DNA from: Octopus sinensis
Taxonomy: Eukaryota
Direction of reading: 5' to 3'
Assembly (NCBI RefSeq): GCF_006345805.1
Contig: NC_043009.1
Coordinates: 59,272,001 to 59,336,000 of the forward strand
DNA length: 64,000 nt
Positions within the stretch are counted from its first letter, which is position 1. Every line of letters begins with the position of its first letter. Shown here one piece after another: positions 1 to 13,553 of the stretch. Both the position numbers and the translations under genes were made by a program. The notes below the pieces were generated by a model, which did not search any database, was not told where the DNA came from, and was given only the letters and a program-made list of their open reading frames with translations.

Positions 1-4
1 CTGT

Positions 5-45
<41 letters not shown>

Positions 46-112
46 CAAAATAAGAATGAAGGATATATGTTATCCCATGGAGGGTTGCATTTACAACCCC
101 TATCTCAATTTG

Positions 113-162
<50 letters not shown>

Positions 163-210
163 GTGTGTGTGGTGTGTGTGTGTGTGTGTGTGTGTGTGTG
201 GTGTGGTGCT

Positions 211-429
211 GTGTGTGTGTTTGTGAGTCTGTTTCTTCCCCCCCCCACCACCACCATCACTATCGCTTGTCAACCGATGTTGATATGTTTACTTCCTCCT
301 AACCTAGCGTTTCGGCAAAAGAGACCGATGGAATAATACTAGGCTTGCAAAGAATAAGTCCTGGGGGTGGATTTCTTCGACTAAAGGCTGTACTCCAGCA
401 TGGCTGCAGTCAAATGGCTGCAACAAATA

Positions 430-430
<1 letters not shown>
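211..430 (+). mobile_element. SINE family A, 3' half
   Basis: cgcttgtcaaccgatg...cggcaaaagagaccgat...gaataagtcctgggg...ctccagcatggctgcagtcaaatg matches the tail of the full-length copies in this window. Confidence 0.8.
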
Positions 431-499
<69 letters not shown>

Positions 500-1595
500 C
501 AATGAGTCAATGATTCACTCCCTTGACAATTTAGAGTGTCATGTGATGCGTTCGTTCAAGATTTTTATCTCGGTGAACACGATTTGTGGAAAAACAAAAT
601 ATTTCTTTTCAGCTTAATTCTTCTAAGATAACATTTGCCTTGCTGACAAATATCTGTGAAATAAAGAAAAGAAAAAAAATAGGACGACTTCTTAAACTTT
701 ATTTCTTAACAACGATGCCTAAGGCTGCTTCGTCCCAGATTGGATCATATTGATCGACCTCAAAATGATTTGTGGCAAAGCTGACCTGGAAAAGATTTGA
801 ACTCAGAGAATAGGCAGCTGGAGTAACTAGGGCAGGGTCATGCTGGAGCACTGCTGTGAAGTATTTAGTCGAACAAAGAGACCCAGTACTAATTTGTTTC
901 ATTATTTTTCATTAGGTATACATGTATGGATATATGTGTCCTTTATTTTTTTTAATTATTATAAATCTTCCACTGAGGCGGGAGCCGGATTCCAACAAAG
1001 ATACAAGGCTCCATCTTTGGGACTTAGTTAACACAAAATATGTATCTGTGTATGTACGTGTGTATGTATGTATGTATGTATGTATGTATGTATGTATGTA
1101 GGTAGGTAGGTAGATAGGTAGGTAGGTAGGTAGGTGGGTAGGTAGGTATGAAGTTTGGATTTTATTTATCAGCCGTTTTTGCTGAACCAATACGCTATGT
1201 GGATGTAAACAATCCGATATCGGTTTTCAAGAGTGGATGAGAGGAGGCGGGGTAACAGACGCAATGACAAACACATTCACATACACAAACAAATATATAT
1301 ACGGCAAGCAGAGCCGCTTTAATATCGGCCCTGCATAGAGGCCCTAAGCACTTAAAAAATTTTGCTAAACCCAAACCATAAAATATATTTCTAATTTTTA
1401 AAAATCAAACAAACCTAACAGTAAGATAACAAAATATGTTTATTTATTTATACTTCCACTTTATTAATATTTGAAAAGCTTTCTCATATTTTTCTTCCTT
1501 TCCTTTCTTTTTTTTTCCCATTTTTTTTATTGAAAAGTCTTTGATCAGAGCACCATTATGACATTATCAACACTACGAAATTACATTTCTGATCA

Positions 1596-1819
1596 TACTC
1601 TTTTACTCTTTTACTTGTTTTTCAAGTCATATGACTGCGGCCATGCTGGAGCACCGGCCTTTAATCGAGCAACTCGACCCCGGGACTTATTCTTTTTATA
1701 AGCCCAGTACTTATTCTATCGGTCTCTTTTGCCGAACCGCTAAGTAACGGGGACATAAACACACCAGCATCGGTTGTCAAGCAATGCTAGAGGGACAACA
1801 CAGTCCATAAACACTCACA

Positions 1820-1865
<46 letters not shown>

Positions 1866-2022
1866 TACACTTTCAGTTTCCGTCTACCAAATCCACTCAC
1901 ACGGCTTTGGTCGGCCCGAGGCTATAGTAGAAGACACTTGCCCAAGGTGCCACGCAGTGGGACTGAACCCGGAACCGTGTGGCTGGTAAACAAGCTACTT
2001 AGCACACAGCCACTCCTGCGCC
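1596..2022 (-). mobile_element. SINE family A (tRNA-derived, probably Nin/Inv-type central domain), full length
   Basis: Reverse complement has a tRNA-like head (ggcgcaggagtggctgtgtg...ggttccgggttcagtccc), the conserved ccttgggcaagtgtcttctactatagcc...ggatttggtagacggaaactg block, an internal (TA)n(TG)n tract and an (AAAAGAGT)n tail. The domain name is from memory, not from a search. Confidence 0.9.
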
Positions 2023-2664
2023 TAATTGAATATTAATATTATTGAATATTATTTAACATATTGAATATTATTCAACAAAGTTGTTTTGTGCCGTAAACCA
2101 CTTAGCATTTTAGTGGTGTTCATCCCGTTTCCTTTGGTGCCCTATGTAAGTACTAATTGTTCTTAATGCTAATCCAGCGCTGACGGCAAGCTTCCACACA
2201 TTTTCAGCCTATCAAGTTCATTTAGAAGCATAGGTTCGCCCAGGATGAAATAGAAATCTCGCTGTAGGACTGAAGCCTGAAACTACTGGTTGGAAAGCGC
2301 GCCTCTCAACCACACAACGATGCCGTTTATTTTTATTTATTTTATGCTTCTTTTTATCCATCACTCGAAATCAATCTAAACCACGACAATGTTCTTTCAT
2401 CGGAAATCATATACCACCTGAACATCTTAAATTGGTCGTTTAAAATATAAATCTGCCAATATCTTGGCATTTTTAATTGCTCTTGAAAACATATTATTTA
2501 CACATCACAACTTACAAATCAATAACCTGATTTATAAAATATCACCCACACATTTTTGGGCCATCAAATCTTTCAGTAAAAAAAATGCTACTTCACTATA
2601 TAACTATTTTTCCAATAATGCTACTGATGTTCGTTTATCACACGTATTAATATTAATATTATTA

Positions 2665-3435
2665 AAAAGACGGCCAGCAGCCAGAAATGTTGTCACGCCA
2701 GGTAAAATGTCTAGCGCTATTTCGTCTGTCTTTGCGTTCTGAGTTCAAATTCCGCCCAATTCGACTTTGCCTTTCAACCTTTAGGGGTCGATTAGATAAG
2801 TACCAGTTACGCACTGGAGTCGATATAATCGACTTAATCCGTTTGTCCTCTCTCTGTTTAGCCCCTTGTGGGTAGTAGAGAAATAGGTATTTCGCCCGTC
2901 TTTACGTTCTGAGTTCGAATTCTGCACAATTCGACTTTGCCTTTCATCTTTCGGGGTTGATAAATTAAGTACCAGTTGCGTACTGGGGTCGATCTAATCG
3001 ACTGGCTCCCTCCCCAAAACCTTCGGGCTTGTGCCTAGCGTAGAGAAAAAAATAATACGGTTGTGTCCGTTTATCACATGTATAATATTAATATTATTTA
3101 AAAGGCGGCAAACAGCTAGAATCGTTATTTCGGGTATTGTGCCTGTCACGTACTGGGGTCGATCTAATCGACTGGCCCCTTCCCCAAACTTTCTGGCCTT
3201 GTGCCTAGTGTAGAAAAGAATGCTATTAAAAAGATGCCGAGCAGCCAAAATCGTTATCACGCCGGGTAAAATGACTAACGGCATTTCGTCCGTCTTTACG
3301 TTCTGAGTTCAAATTCTGCCGAGGTCGATTTCGCCTACAATGCTTTCAAGGTCTATAAAATGAGTACCAGTTGAACACTGGGATCGATGCGATTGACTTA
3401 TCTCCTCCCACCAAAGTTACTTGCTTCTTGTCAAA
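2665..3435 (+). mobile_element. SINE family B (tRNA head + Meta-like domain) with tandemly repeated core
   Basis: B-box gagttcaaattcc followed by gtcgactttgcctttcatcctttcggggtcgataaattaagtaccag, repeated 3-4 times. Confidence 0.85.
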
Positions 3436-3721
3436 ATTTGAAATCAGTATCGCTTTCCACGTTTCTCCCTGTGAACAAACACAGATTTCAATGTCATATA
3501 GAGGTTTCCTGCATTGAATCAGATCTGATGATGTACGAGCAGGTATGGATGTGAACATTCCTTTTGCAACCACATTGATTTGAGTTCAGTCCCTACTGCA
3601 GACACCTTGGAAAAGTGCCTTCAACTGCTGTCCAGGACCGACCAATTCCTTGTGAGTAAATTTGGTAGACGGAAACTCTCGTGGCCATCATCGCCTGCGC
3701 GCGCAGCCGAGTTAGTGTGTG

Positions 3722-4025
3722 TGTGTTTTTGTTTGTTCCTTCTCGAGCTACGCTTGGCTCGACAGAGCCGGTTTGCTGGTTTCCGTGGCGTATAGGTTCT
3801 CCACCTGGATGGGACGCTGGTCTGTCACAGGTGAGCTGCACGAGGAAAGAGTGAGAGAAAGTTGTGGCGAAGGAGTCAGCTGAAGTTCGCCATTACCTTC
3901 TGCCGGAGCCGCGTAGAGCTTAGGTGTTTCGCTCATAAAAACACACATCGCCCGGTCTGAGATTCGAAGCCGCGATCCCTCGACCGCGAGTCCGCTGCTC
4001 TAACTACTAGGCCATGTGCCTCCAC
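3722..4025 (-). mobile_element. SINE family C (tRNA-derived) with LINE-like 3' tail
   Basis: Reverse complement of the gtggaggcac/gcaatggcc(c/t)agtggttag...gcggactcgcggtc head seen at 15747, 23481 and 54299. Confidence 0.85.
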
Positions 4026-4026
4026 A

Positions 4027-4096
<70 letters not shown>

Positions 4097-5030
4097 TCTA
4101 TGGGGTCAGTGTTTTTGTATCTGTGATACTCTACCTCCCTCATTTGGCAAATAGTGTTGGTGTGTTTACATTTCGTAACTTAGTGGTGCGGCAAAACAGG
4201 CCGACAGAATGTGTCTCAAACTTTCAAAGAATAAGTACCGGGGTCGATTCCTTCGACCAAACGCTTCAAGACGGTACCCCAGGAATGACCATATTCCCAG
4301 CCTGAAAGCAAGTAAAATGAAGGAGGAGAAAAATTCATGAGAACATGTAACATAAACTATAATCTTATTTGAGAGAGATTTGGCTGCATTTTCTTGCAGA
4401 CGAGACAGTAACAATTACATTCTCGATTTTCTGTTCTGTTTCTTCAATTTTATTATCAACAAATATAACCTTTTGCCAATACATGCTACTCTGAAGCGCT
4501 GTATATTATTACGTCAATGGAAACTAAAGTACTACAGTATATTTTTTGAACATTATTATTTATGTTCAATTTCATTTCATTTCATTTATTTACTTACGCA
4601 TGTGGATTTTACAAAGTAGAGCACATTGGAATCCAATGATTGTTTAAAACAGATAAAAAAAAATTGATAGGAAATAGGCATTAAAAGGCAAACAACTCGA
4701 CGCCACCACTCTCCTTTGCTCTGACTCTATCTGTGTCCCACTTTTCATGTGTCTCTGGTTCTCTCCCTTTCACTCTCTCTCCTTCTCTCTCCTCTCTCTC
4801 TATATCTCTTGCTCTCCCCCACAGAGAAACAGATCTATACGTATCTCCATTTTCCTAATTACAGCTCCGCTTTCTACCATTCTGATTTCTTGATAGACAG
4901 TAGGCTAAGGTTTGCGGAAGAAAGATTTCACTAAAAATTTACAAACTATACTGTACAAACATCAGACGCTGAAGTCAATATGTATGGTCATGTGGGTGAA
5001 CATCTAGTATGTATTGACTACAAAGTGTGT

Positions 5031-5698
5031 ATACATACACACATACATATATACATACATACATACATACATACATACACACACACATACATACATACAT
5101 ACATACACATACACATACATACATACATACATACATACATACACATACACATACATACATACATACATACATACATACATACATACAAACATACATACAT
5201 ACATACATACATACATACACATACACATACATACATACATACATACATACATACATACAAACATACATACATACATACATACATACACACATACATACAT
5301 ACATACACACATACATACATACATGCATACATACATACATACATACATACATACATACATACATACATACATACATACATACATACACACATACATACAT
5401 ACATACATACACACATACACACATACACACATACATACATACATACATACACACACATACATACATACACACATACATACATACATACACACATACATAC
5501 ATACATACATACATACATACACACACATACATACATACACACATACATACATACATACATACACACACATACATACATACACACATACATACACACATAC
5601 ACACATACATACATACATACATACACACACATACATACATACACACATACATACATACATACATACATACATACATACATACATACATACATACATAC
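5031..5698. repeat. ~670-bp (ACAT)n microsatellite with AC interruptions
   Basis: Direct reading; source of the spurious YIHT/MYVC ORFs. Confidence 0.98.
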
Positions 5699-5976
5699 AA
5701 TGTGTGTGTCGGTGACTGTGTGTTTTTGTGTCTGAGTTTGTGTTTATATAATATAAAGACAGCTTCTATGTAAGGATTTACAAATAAGCAACCGAGTTAT
5801 ATAGAACGCAATGAAACAGTGGAGAAACATAACACAATAAAATATGAACGGCTAATAAAATTAAAATTTGGAGTTGCTCTTGCAATTTCTTGAGAAGAAA
5901 TTGTAAGATTGCAACTTTAGTTTAATAACGGCGAAGTTTAATTGTGTTAGTTTGTCTATATTTCAATGTTCAAGGA

Positions 5977-5977
5977 C

Positions 5978-6037
<60 letters not shown>

Positions 6038-6100
6038 GGTAATAGATAGAAAGACAGATAGATAGATAGATAGGTAGTAGTTATGATAGATAGATAATAG
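5977..6100. repeat. (GATA)n microsatellite; further tracts at 6311-6386, 8870-8929, 9449-9570, 9858-9972, 48345-48415 (opposite strand) and 52915-53070
   Basis: Direct reading. Confidence 0.97.
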
Positions 6101-6310
6101 ATTTCTTATTAGAACACAGGGTAGATAGAACAAATTCAAGGTAGAGCTTTTCTTTGAAGGTATTAGAAAAAAAAAAAAGAAAAAAAATGCAGGGCGAGGT
6201 TCGATCAAAAGGGATCGTAAGGAAGAAAGAGGACAAATAGGGGGGTTTAAAAAAAAAAAAAAAAAAAAAAGGGGGGGAGGGAAAAAAAAGATCAAAGGGA
6301 TCGTTATCAC
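6101..6310 (-). mobile_element. Tx1-like LINE copy A (3' UTR only, more diverged)
   Basis: Matches the terminal ~220 bp of copies B and C (caaggtagagcttttc, ttcgatcaaaagggatcgtaa, gggatcgttatcac). (GATA)n-type repeats on both sides. Confidence 0.85.
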
Positions 6311-6386
6311 GATGATAGATAGATAGTAATCTTTAGATACGTAGATAGATAGATAGATAATAAATAGAATGAATAGGTAGATAGAT

Positions 6387-8869
6387 ATGTTTCTTTATTA
6401 GCCACACAGGGCTGCACACAGATAGATAAAAATACTCCAAGGTAGAGCTTTTCTTTTGAAGGTTTAAAAAAAAAAAAAAAAAAAGGAAGGGAGTTTCGAT
6501 CAAAAGGGATCGTAAAAGGAGAGAAAGAGGACAAAAAAGGGGGGGTTAAAAAAAAACAAAAAAAAGGGGGGGAGAGGAAAAAAAAAAATTGATCAATAGG
6601 GATCGTTATCACAGATTCCATATGAAGTGTAAAGGGGAGGACAGGTGAGGTTTACCCGTGGAAAGAAAAGCGACGGAAAAGACCACGGTAACCTCGGTCA
6701 ATGAAGTCACATTTTATATTTCTTTTTTTTTTTTTTTTTTTTTGCAAATAAGCAACTCTCTGTTTTCGATTTCTGTGTCATAGGCTATGCTCAAGGTGGC
6801 TTCGTCATTCATACGTGCCATTCTTGCTACATTCACCCATCTTTTTTTAAAACATTCGCTAGACAAAACTTGCCTCTCTACTCTCACTTTCCTTTTCAAG
6901 TGGTACTTGAAGAAGTTGATGAGAGATTGACCAGAGAGGAAAGTGTTTGTCTCCAATCCTTTCAGACGCGTCCCCAGATACATTCTTTCGCCATAGCCAC
7001 AAGGATGATGAAAATAGCTCTTCCTTCCCGTTTGAAGGAAGGGGCGTGACAATATTGACGATAGACTCAGCTGATAAACCGACTCGTCCCACACGTGACA
7101 GCAGTTGTTCGACATAAGCCCACAGGTCGGAAATTGTTGGACACTGAACGAGTGCGTGCAGAACGGTTTCGTCGCTCTGACAGCATCTCGGGCAGGTCGG
7201 CCCCGTGTTTCTCGAGCCGTGTCTGTAGAGCTTATCCCGAACGGGTAGCGCTTCTCGGTAGCACTGCCAGGCCAGGGATCTCTGGAAGTTGTCCATGGGC
7301 CCTGGCCCGAAAGTCGTCCCGAACAGGCGGGTCAGGTACTCCTCGTCGACGTCCAGGTTCGCCCCGAGCTCGTCGTCGTACCTCCCCTCCACTAAACCCC
7401 TATAGAATGCTTTGGTTGTGTTGAAGTCACTTAAGGTCGACCCAGGACGGCAGAGTTGCTTGAGAGCAACGCGACACTCGCGGTGCCATTCGCCCTTCCT
7501 CGGCCTCTTTTTGATCCACGACTGCAGTTCGGTCATGGAGACGAGCTGCGGGAAAGCGTGCCTCACAAACGGCGACCACACCTGTTCACCGTCGTCTACA
7601 TAGAGCCAGAGATGTCGCAGTCTCAGCGCGTGTCTGCGCATCATCAACCACGGCATGCCCAGCCCTCCTTTTAACGGGTGTTGACAGCAAATGGATCGCC
7701 TGACCATCGGGACGCATCCTTTCCACAAGAAGCGAACGAGGATGCGTTGTAGTTTGGTGATGGTAGGGTCGGGACAAGGTACGACGGTCAGGCGGTAGTA
7801 GATGACGGACGCGATGTACGTGTTCGCCACCTCCGCTCGACCTTTTAGGGACAGTTTCCTCTCGGCCCATTGCCGGGCGAGAGTGACCACCCTACTCGTT
7901 ATCTCGTTCCAGTTCTTCTCCACTTGGAGGTCCGGACCGAACCAGACCCCGAGCAACTCAACCGGGCCGTCGGTCCGCGTCCCACGACGGAGGCGCTGGT
8001 GGACGGCATGGGCTTGCTTCTCCAGGTGCCTAGTCGCAAGCCCACTGACTTTTCCGGTTGATTTTCGCTCCTGTCACCGCTTCGTAGTTTTCAGTGTCTC
8101 GCCGACCAGCTCGATGTGCTCGTGGCTAGACACTATGACGGTGACGTCGTCCGCGTATGCAGACACGCTTGTCCCGCATCCCAATTCTCGCGGGATGCCC
8201 CTTAGAGTCCCCAGCTTCCGCAGTAGTGGGCTCAAGAGTCAATACGTATAGAAGCGCCGAGAGGGGGCATCCCTGACGGACCGAACGTGCAATGTCGAAA
8301 GGTCTCGATAGATGTCCATTTACGCGAATTACCGAACGGATGCCTCTGTACAAGGCAGCTATCCAGCCGCGGAAGACGGGACCGAAACCAGCCGCTCTCA
8401 GGGACTGCCTCCAAGTATCGATGGTCTACCCTATCAAAGGCTTTCGATTGATCCAAGTTGATCAGGCCCCACCCATGCCAGGTTCGTTAACTACCCTGTC
8501 TATGATGTAGCGCATCAGATGGAGGTTGTCATGGATGGTCCGGCCTGGCACGGCGCATGTTTGCGCCTTGTCGACCAGTTTCTCGATGACAAGCGCCAAC
8601 CTCTTGGCTAGCACCTTGGCCAAAATTTTCAAGTCTGCATTAAGCAGAGTGATGGGCCTAAAGTTATCTATTACATTTCCCTTGTTTAGATCTTTCTTCA
8701 GCAGTGTTACGGCTCCTCGGCTCACAAAACCAGGAATGCTCCCGTTTTTCTGCCAGTTGCAGTACACCGCCGCCAAGAGATCTCCAAACAAGTCTGGCAT
8801 ACAATTGTAAAGCTCGTAGGGTAGACCATCCAAACCCGGTGATTTGTCCCTCGAGCATTCTGCCATCGC
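6387..8869 (-). mobile_element. Tx1/L1-clade non-LTR retrotransposon, 5'-truncated copy B (RT + C-terminal CCHC finger + 3' UTR), frameshifted
   Basis: Minus-strand frames give RT motifs KSPGLDGLPYELY, NFRPITLLNADLKILAKVLAKRL, DQSKAFDRVDH, SVRQGCPLSALLYVLTLEP and AYADDVTVI (~8135-8162). They are followed by LSLKGRAEVANTYIASVIYY, HPLKGGLGMP and the zinc knuckle CPRCCQSDETVLHALVQC, typical of Tx1/L1 ORF2. The 3' UTR ends AATAAAGAAACAT joined directly to (ATCT)n. Several frameshifts split the ORF and no endonuclease domain is present. Confidence 0.93.
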
Positions 8870-9555
<686 letters not shown>

Positions 9556-9569
9556 GGATAGATAGATAG

Positions 9570-9760
9570 ATATAAATACAGTGTTCATTTAAACACATAA
9601 GAGGTTAGCCATCATAGGACTACCTACACGCTAGAGAGTATAGCTAAATTCCGTACCACTATTAGAGATAAAAATCGAAGGGAATGAAAAATAAAAACAG
9701 CGTATACGTAGTCCTATGATGGCTACCTCTTATGTGTTTAAATGTACACTGTATTTATAT
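9570..9760. mobile_element. Foldback element/MITE: ~62-bp near-perfect inverted repeats with ~66-bp spacer
   Basis: Left arm 9570-9632 and right arm 9699-9760 are reverse complements with ~3 mismatches and 1 indel; TA-CAGTG...CACTG-TA core. Confidence 0.8.
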
Positions 9761-9876
9761 GAATAATATATAGTCTATTGACTAAATTTTTACACGCTAG
9801 GCCACTGGTAAATGAAAATTTCTAATATTTCCGATTACCATTTGATAATTAATTATTAGATAGATAAAGAGATGGG

Positions 9877-9972
<96 letters not shown>

Positions 9973-9984
9973 CAATTAGGTATC

Positions 9985-10388
9985 AGGTTTTACTTGGTTC
10001 CAGTAAGTACTATAGCCTCGGGACGACCAAAGCCTTGCGATTGGATGTGGAAGACGGAAACTGAAAGAAGCCTGTCGTAGATATATATATATTTATGTGT
10101 GTATGTGTGTTTGTGTGGTTGTGCGCGCGTGTGTGTGTGTGTGTGTGTGTGTGTGGTGAGTGTCTTTCTGCTACTGTTTGCCCCTACTACCGCTTGACAA
10201 CCGATGTTGGTGTGTTTACATTCCAGTAAATTTGCGGCTCAGCAAAAGGGCCCGATAGAATAAGTACTAGGGTTAGAAAGTAAGACCTGGCGGGGTCTAT
10301 TTGTTCGATTAAAATTCTTCAAGGTGATGCTTCAGCCTGGCCGCAGTCAAATGATTGATACAAGTAAACGAATAAAAGAATGAAAGAA
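9985..10388 (+). mobile_element. SINE family A, 5'-degraded copy
   Basis: tactatagcctcggg...agacggaaactgaaagaagcc...ccgcttgacaaccgatgttggtgtgtttac...gccgcagtcaaatg. Confidence 0.8.
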
Positions 10389-10449
10389 TATATATATAGA
10401 AAGAGGGGGGAGAGACAAAAATAGAAAGAGGGAGAAACACAAATACACA

Positions 10450-10773
10450 CAGTAATCCCTCTCCATATCGCGGTTCACCTATCGCGGTTTATTATATAAG
10501 CTTACGTCGTTTCCTCCGTGGTGTTGTTTCGCATTTATTATAAAATGAATATATGCAATATGCTAAACTGGCAACATGACCATTTCTAAATACAACATCT
10601 GTTTCAACACACGATTTCACATCAAGAATCTTGCAAAAAAAAAAATATATTAACGTAAATATATACAAATTATAAAAATAATCGAAAATATATACGACTG
10701 TTTCTACTTCGCGTATTTTCACCTATCGCGGGTGTTTTGGAACGTAACACCTTCGATAGTCGCATTATAACTG
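10450..10773. mobile_element. pogo/Tigger-like MITE, degenerate
   Basis: Left end cagtaatccctc..atatcgcggttcacc; right end ggaacgtaacaccttcgatag...taactg followed by TA; internal repeat of cacctatcgcgg. Confidence 0.55.
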
Positions 10774-11439
10774 TACACCTATATCCATGTACTCTTATAT
10801 ATATATATATATATACACATATACAGACACATGGATATGCGAGTGTGTGTGTATGTATATATATGTGTGTATATGACTCTATGGTGGACAAATTCTCAGA
10901 TATTAGCGTTCAATATCCTACAGCTTTTATAAACAAAATGCATATCCATGTAGATTGTTGCATAAACTGTGTAATAGAATAGCTTATATGAACATATACG
11001 CATATATTATATAAATATATATATTACATACATATGCATGTTGTGCATATTATATGCATGTTCACACACAGCCACACATGTAGCACGCGAACGAATATAT
11101 GCGCACGTATGTAAGTGTGTGTTTATGTACATATATACATGTACATTATATACATTACATACATAGATATATATAACATACATACATACATACATACATA
11201 AATAACAGATTGGGAAGAAAGTCTTGTCACATTTTGCACATGACCATGTTGAAAGTACTTTCCCGATATTTACGGTAAAATGGATATTAATTTTTTCATT
11301 CTTCATTCTTTATGCAGAATTTCCCTTTTAAAGAGAACTTAGTTTATATCCGTATCAGATATTGCTTGCCATAGAAATACAAAAGTGGTTCTTCAAATAC
11401 ATAGAAATACAAAAGTGGTTCTGCAATAAATTTTCGCCC

Positions 11440-12175
11440 TGTCCATAGAAATGAAGCTTTCACTATCGAAACTTACCAATGATGGTTTGGCCAGTTTCTC
11501 ACGGAAAATATTTCTCTCACAGATTACCCTTTATCTGGACAACCAGCATCTCTAAATACTGAGCCTCTAAAATCTATATGGCTAAGGAACATCCAAAGCA
11601 AACTGCAAGTGATTTAGTAAGATACTTCAATTCATGTCACACGTCGATCGTAAAACACCTTCAACAATTAGGGTAAATGTTTAAACTTGGTTAATGGATC
11701 AGCCAACCTCTGAGAGCTTCTCAGCTTGAACAACGATTTGCTCTCTGCACGTCACTGATGATTAAACTAGCTATCGAAACAAGTAATTAGAATTGGAACC
11801 TCTATAAAGTTATTTACTGTAAAAGACGATGATTAGCACCCCATGGAAAAGAGAAATCCGTCCTAAAACCAGGATTGTATCTACAAAGAGTAAGCTCAGT
11901 GTTTTAAGCGACATGAAGAGTGTGGCCTATTATGAGGTGTTAAGAGAGAATAAAACAGTTAATGTGGAAAAGCATTGTCATCAGTTGGACGCATTGCACA
12001 AAACTTGCAGAAAATGCAACCATCATTACTGAATGGTACAGAGGTTGCTCTTACAAGATAATGCAGGCCAAGTCACACAAGATTCTGGCTTTAAATATGG
12101 AAATTTGTACCCCAGCCATCTGACTATCATCTTCTCAGAGCATTATAAAATTAATTAAAGGGAAAACAGTTTATT
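11440..12175 (+). pseudogene. Decayed mariner (Tc1/mariner DD34D) transposase
   Basis: Across frameshifts and stops: WFGQF..DYPLSGQP, HPKQTASDL..KHLQQLG, WISQPL (WVPHEL-like), SDMKSVAYYEVLRENKTVNVEKHCHQLDAL, LQDNAG, PSDYHLLRAL. Confidence 0.8.
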
Positions 12176-12956
12176 AATTAGTACGTTTAAATATTATTAC
12201 TAGTATTGTTGTTATACATACATACAAGCATATGTAATGGTAATAATAAGTGGATGTAAACACATGAACAAAATAAGAATAAACAAAAACAACAACAACA
12301 AAAACAAAATACAAATTACATGAACGTATATAAACAGGAAGATACAATTATTACAGGCAAACCCCACATACACACACTAAATAAACATAGACGCACATAG
12401 AGATATAAGCATGCGCAAATGAAGACATACAATAGAAATACAAAATGGCTGACGGTTAGTAAGGAGAGACACAATAGAAAGAAGAAAACAAGGACCACTG
12501 ATGCGGTCACAGGAGTGTGACGAAAGAACTCTGGCCGAAATAAGATTATATTATGTAAAAAAATATAACACTGAAGCAAAATAACACCAAATATATAGTG
12601 CGTGTGCTTTTATTGACTAACTGGCAAAATGGCCATTCCGAAATATAACAATAAATAAGTTTATTAATTGCGAATAGCTTAAAAATTATATTAGGCGTTT
12701 CTTTACTTCGAAACCAGAAGAATTTTACGTCCGAAGTATCAACAATTTTCCCGATAATTAGGATTATATTATCGACAATAAAAGCTAATATTATCTTGAT
12801 TAAATATATCTATTAAGACCAAAGAACCATTTGTTTCTTTCCCATCTTGAAATGTAACAGGACTTTTTCCAACCTAACGCGCGCGCGCGCACACAATACA
12901 CAAATAAACATACACATATACATACATACATACACACAGAAAGATAGATAGATATT

Positions 12957-13374
12957 CTCTTTTACTTTACTTGTTTCAGTCATTTGACTGCAGCCATGCT
13001 GGAGCACCGCCTTTAGTCGAGGAAATCGATCCCAGAACTTATTCTTTGTAAGCCTAGTACTTATTCTATCGGGTACTTTTGCCGAACCGCTAGGTTACGG
13101 GGAGGTAAACACACCAGTATCAGTTGTCAAGTGATGTTGGGGGGACAAACACAGACACACAAACATATACACACACATACATACATATATATATATATAT
13201 ACATATAAATATATGCGACGGTCTGCTTTCAGTTTCCGTCTACCAAATCCACTCACAAGGCTTTGATCAGCCCGAGGCTATTGTAGAAGACACTTGCCCA
13301 AAGTGCCACGCAGTGGGACTGAACCCGGAACCATGTTGTTGGTAAGCAAACTACCTGCCACGCAGCCACTCCTG
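12957..13374 (-). mobile_element. SINE family A, full length
   Basis: Same architecture as 1596-2022. Confidence 0.9.
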
Positions 13375-13453
13375 ATACACACAGAATTACAAATGCATCG
13401 CATTAAAGTGTTAGTGAGAATATTCCAGAGATATTCGAAACCTTAAAGCATTT

Positions 13454-13553
13454 NNNNNNNNNNNNNNNNNNNNNNNNNNNNNNNNNNNNNNNNNNNNNNN
13501 NNNNNNNNNNNNNNNNNNNNNNNNNNNNNNNNNNNNNNNNNNNNNNNNNNNNN
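13454..13553. other. Assembly gap (100 N)
   Basis: Run of n; a round length usually marks a gap of unknown size. Confidence 0.99.

Noticed and set aside
3485-3542. Resemblance of FQCHIEV and CPDIYFE (29 kb) to Cys-loop receptor motifs
   Set aside because: Matches of 4-5 residues only; no Cys-loop, transmembrane exons or correct spacing found.
4975-5773. Six overlapping 220-250 aa ORFs (YIHT/MYVC repeats)
   Set aside because: Translations of (ACAT)n, which has no stop in any frame. The same applies to 35107-35640, 28757-29095 and all YI/CV/HT-repeat ORFs.
7095-8510. Plus-strand ORFs over the Tx1 element
   Set aside because: Antisense shadows of GC-rich RT coding sequence.
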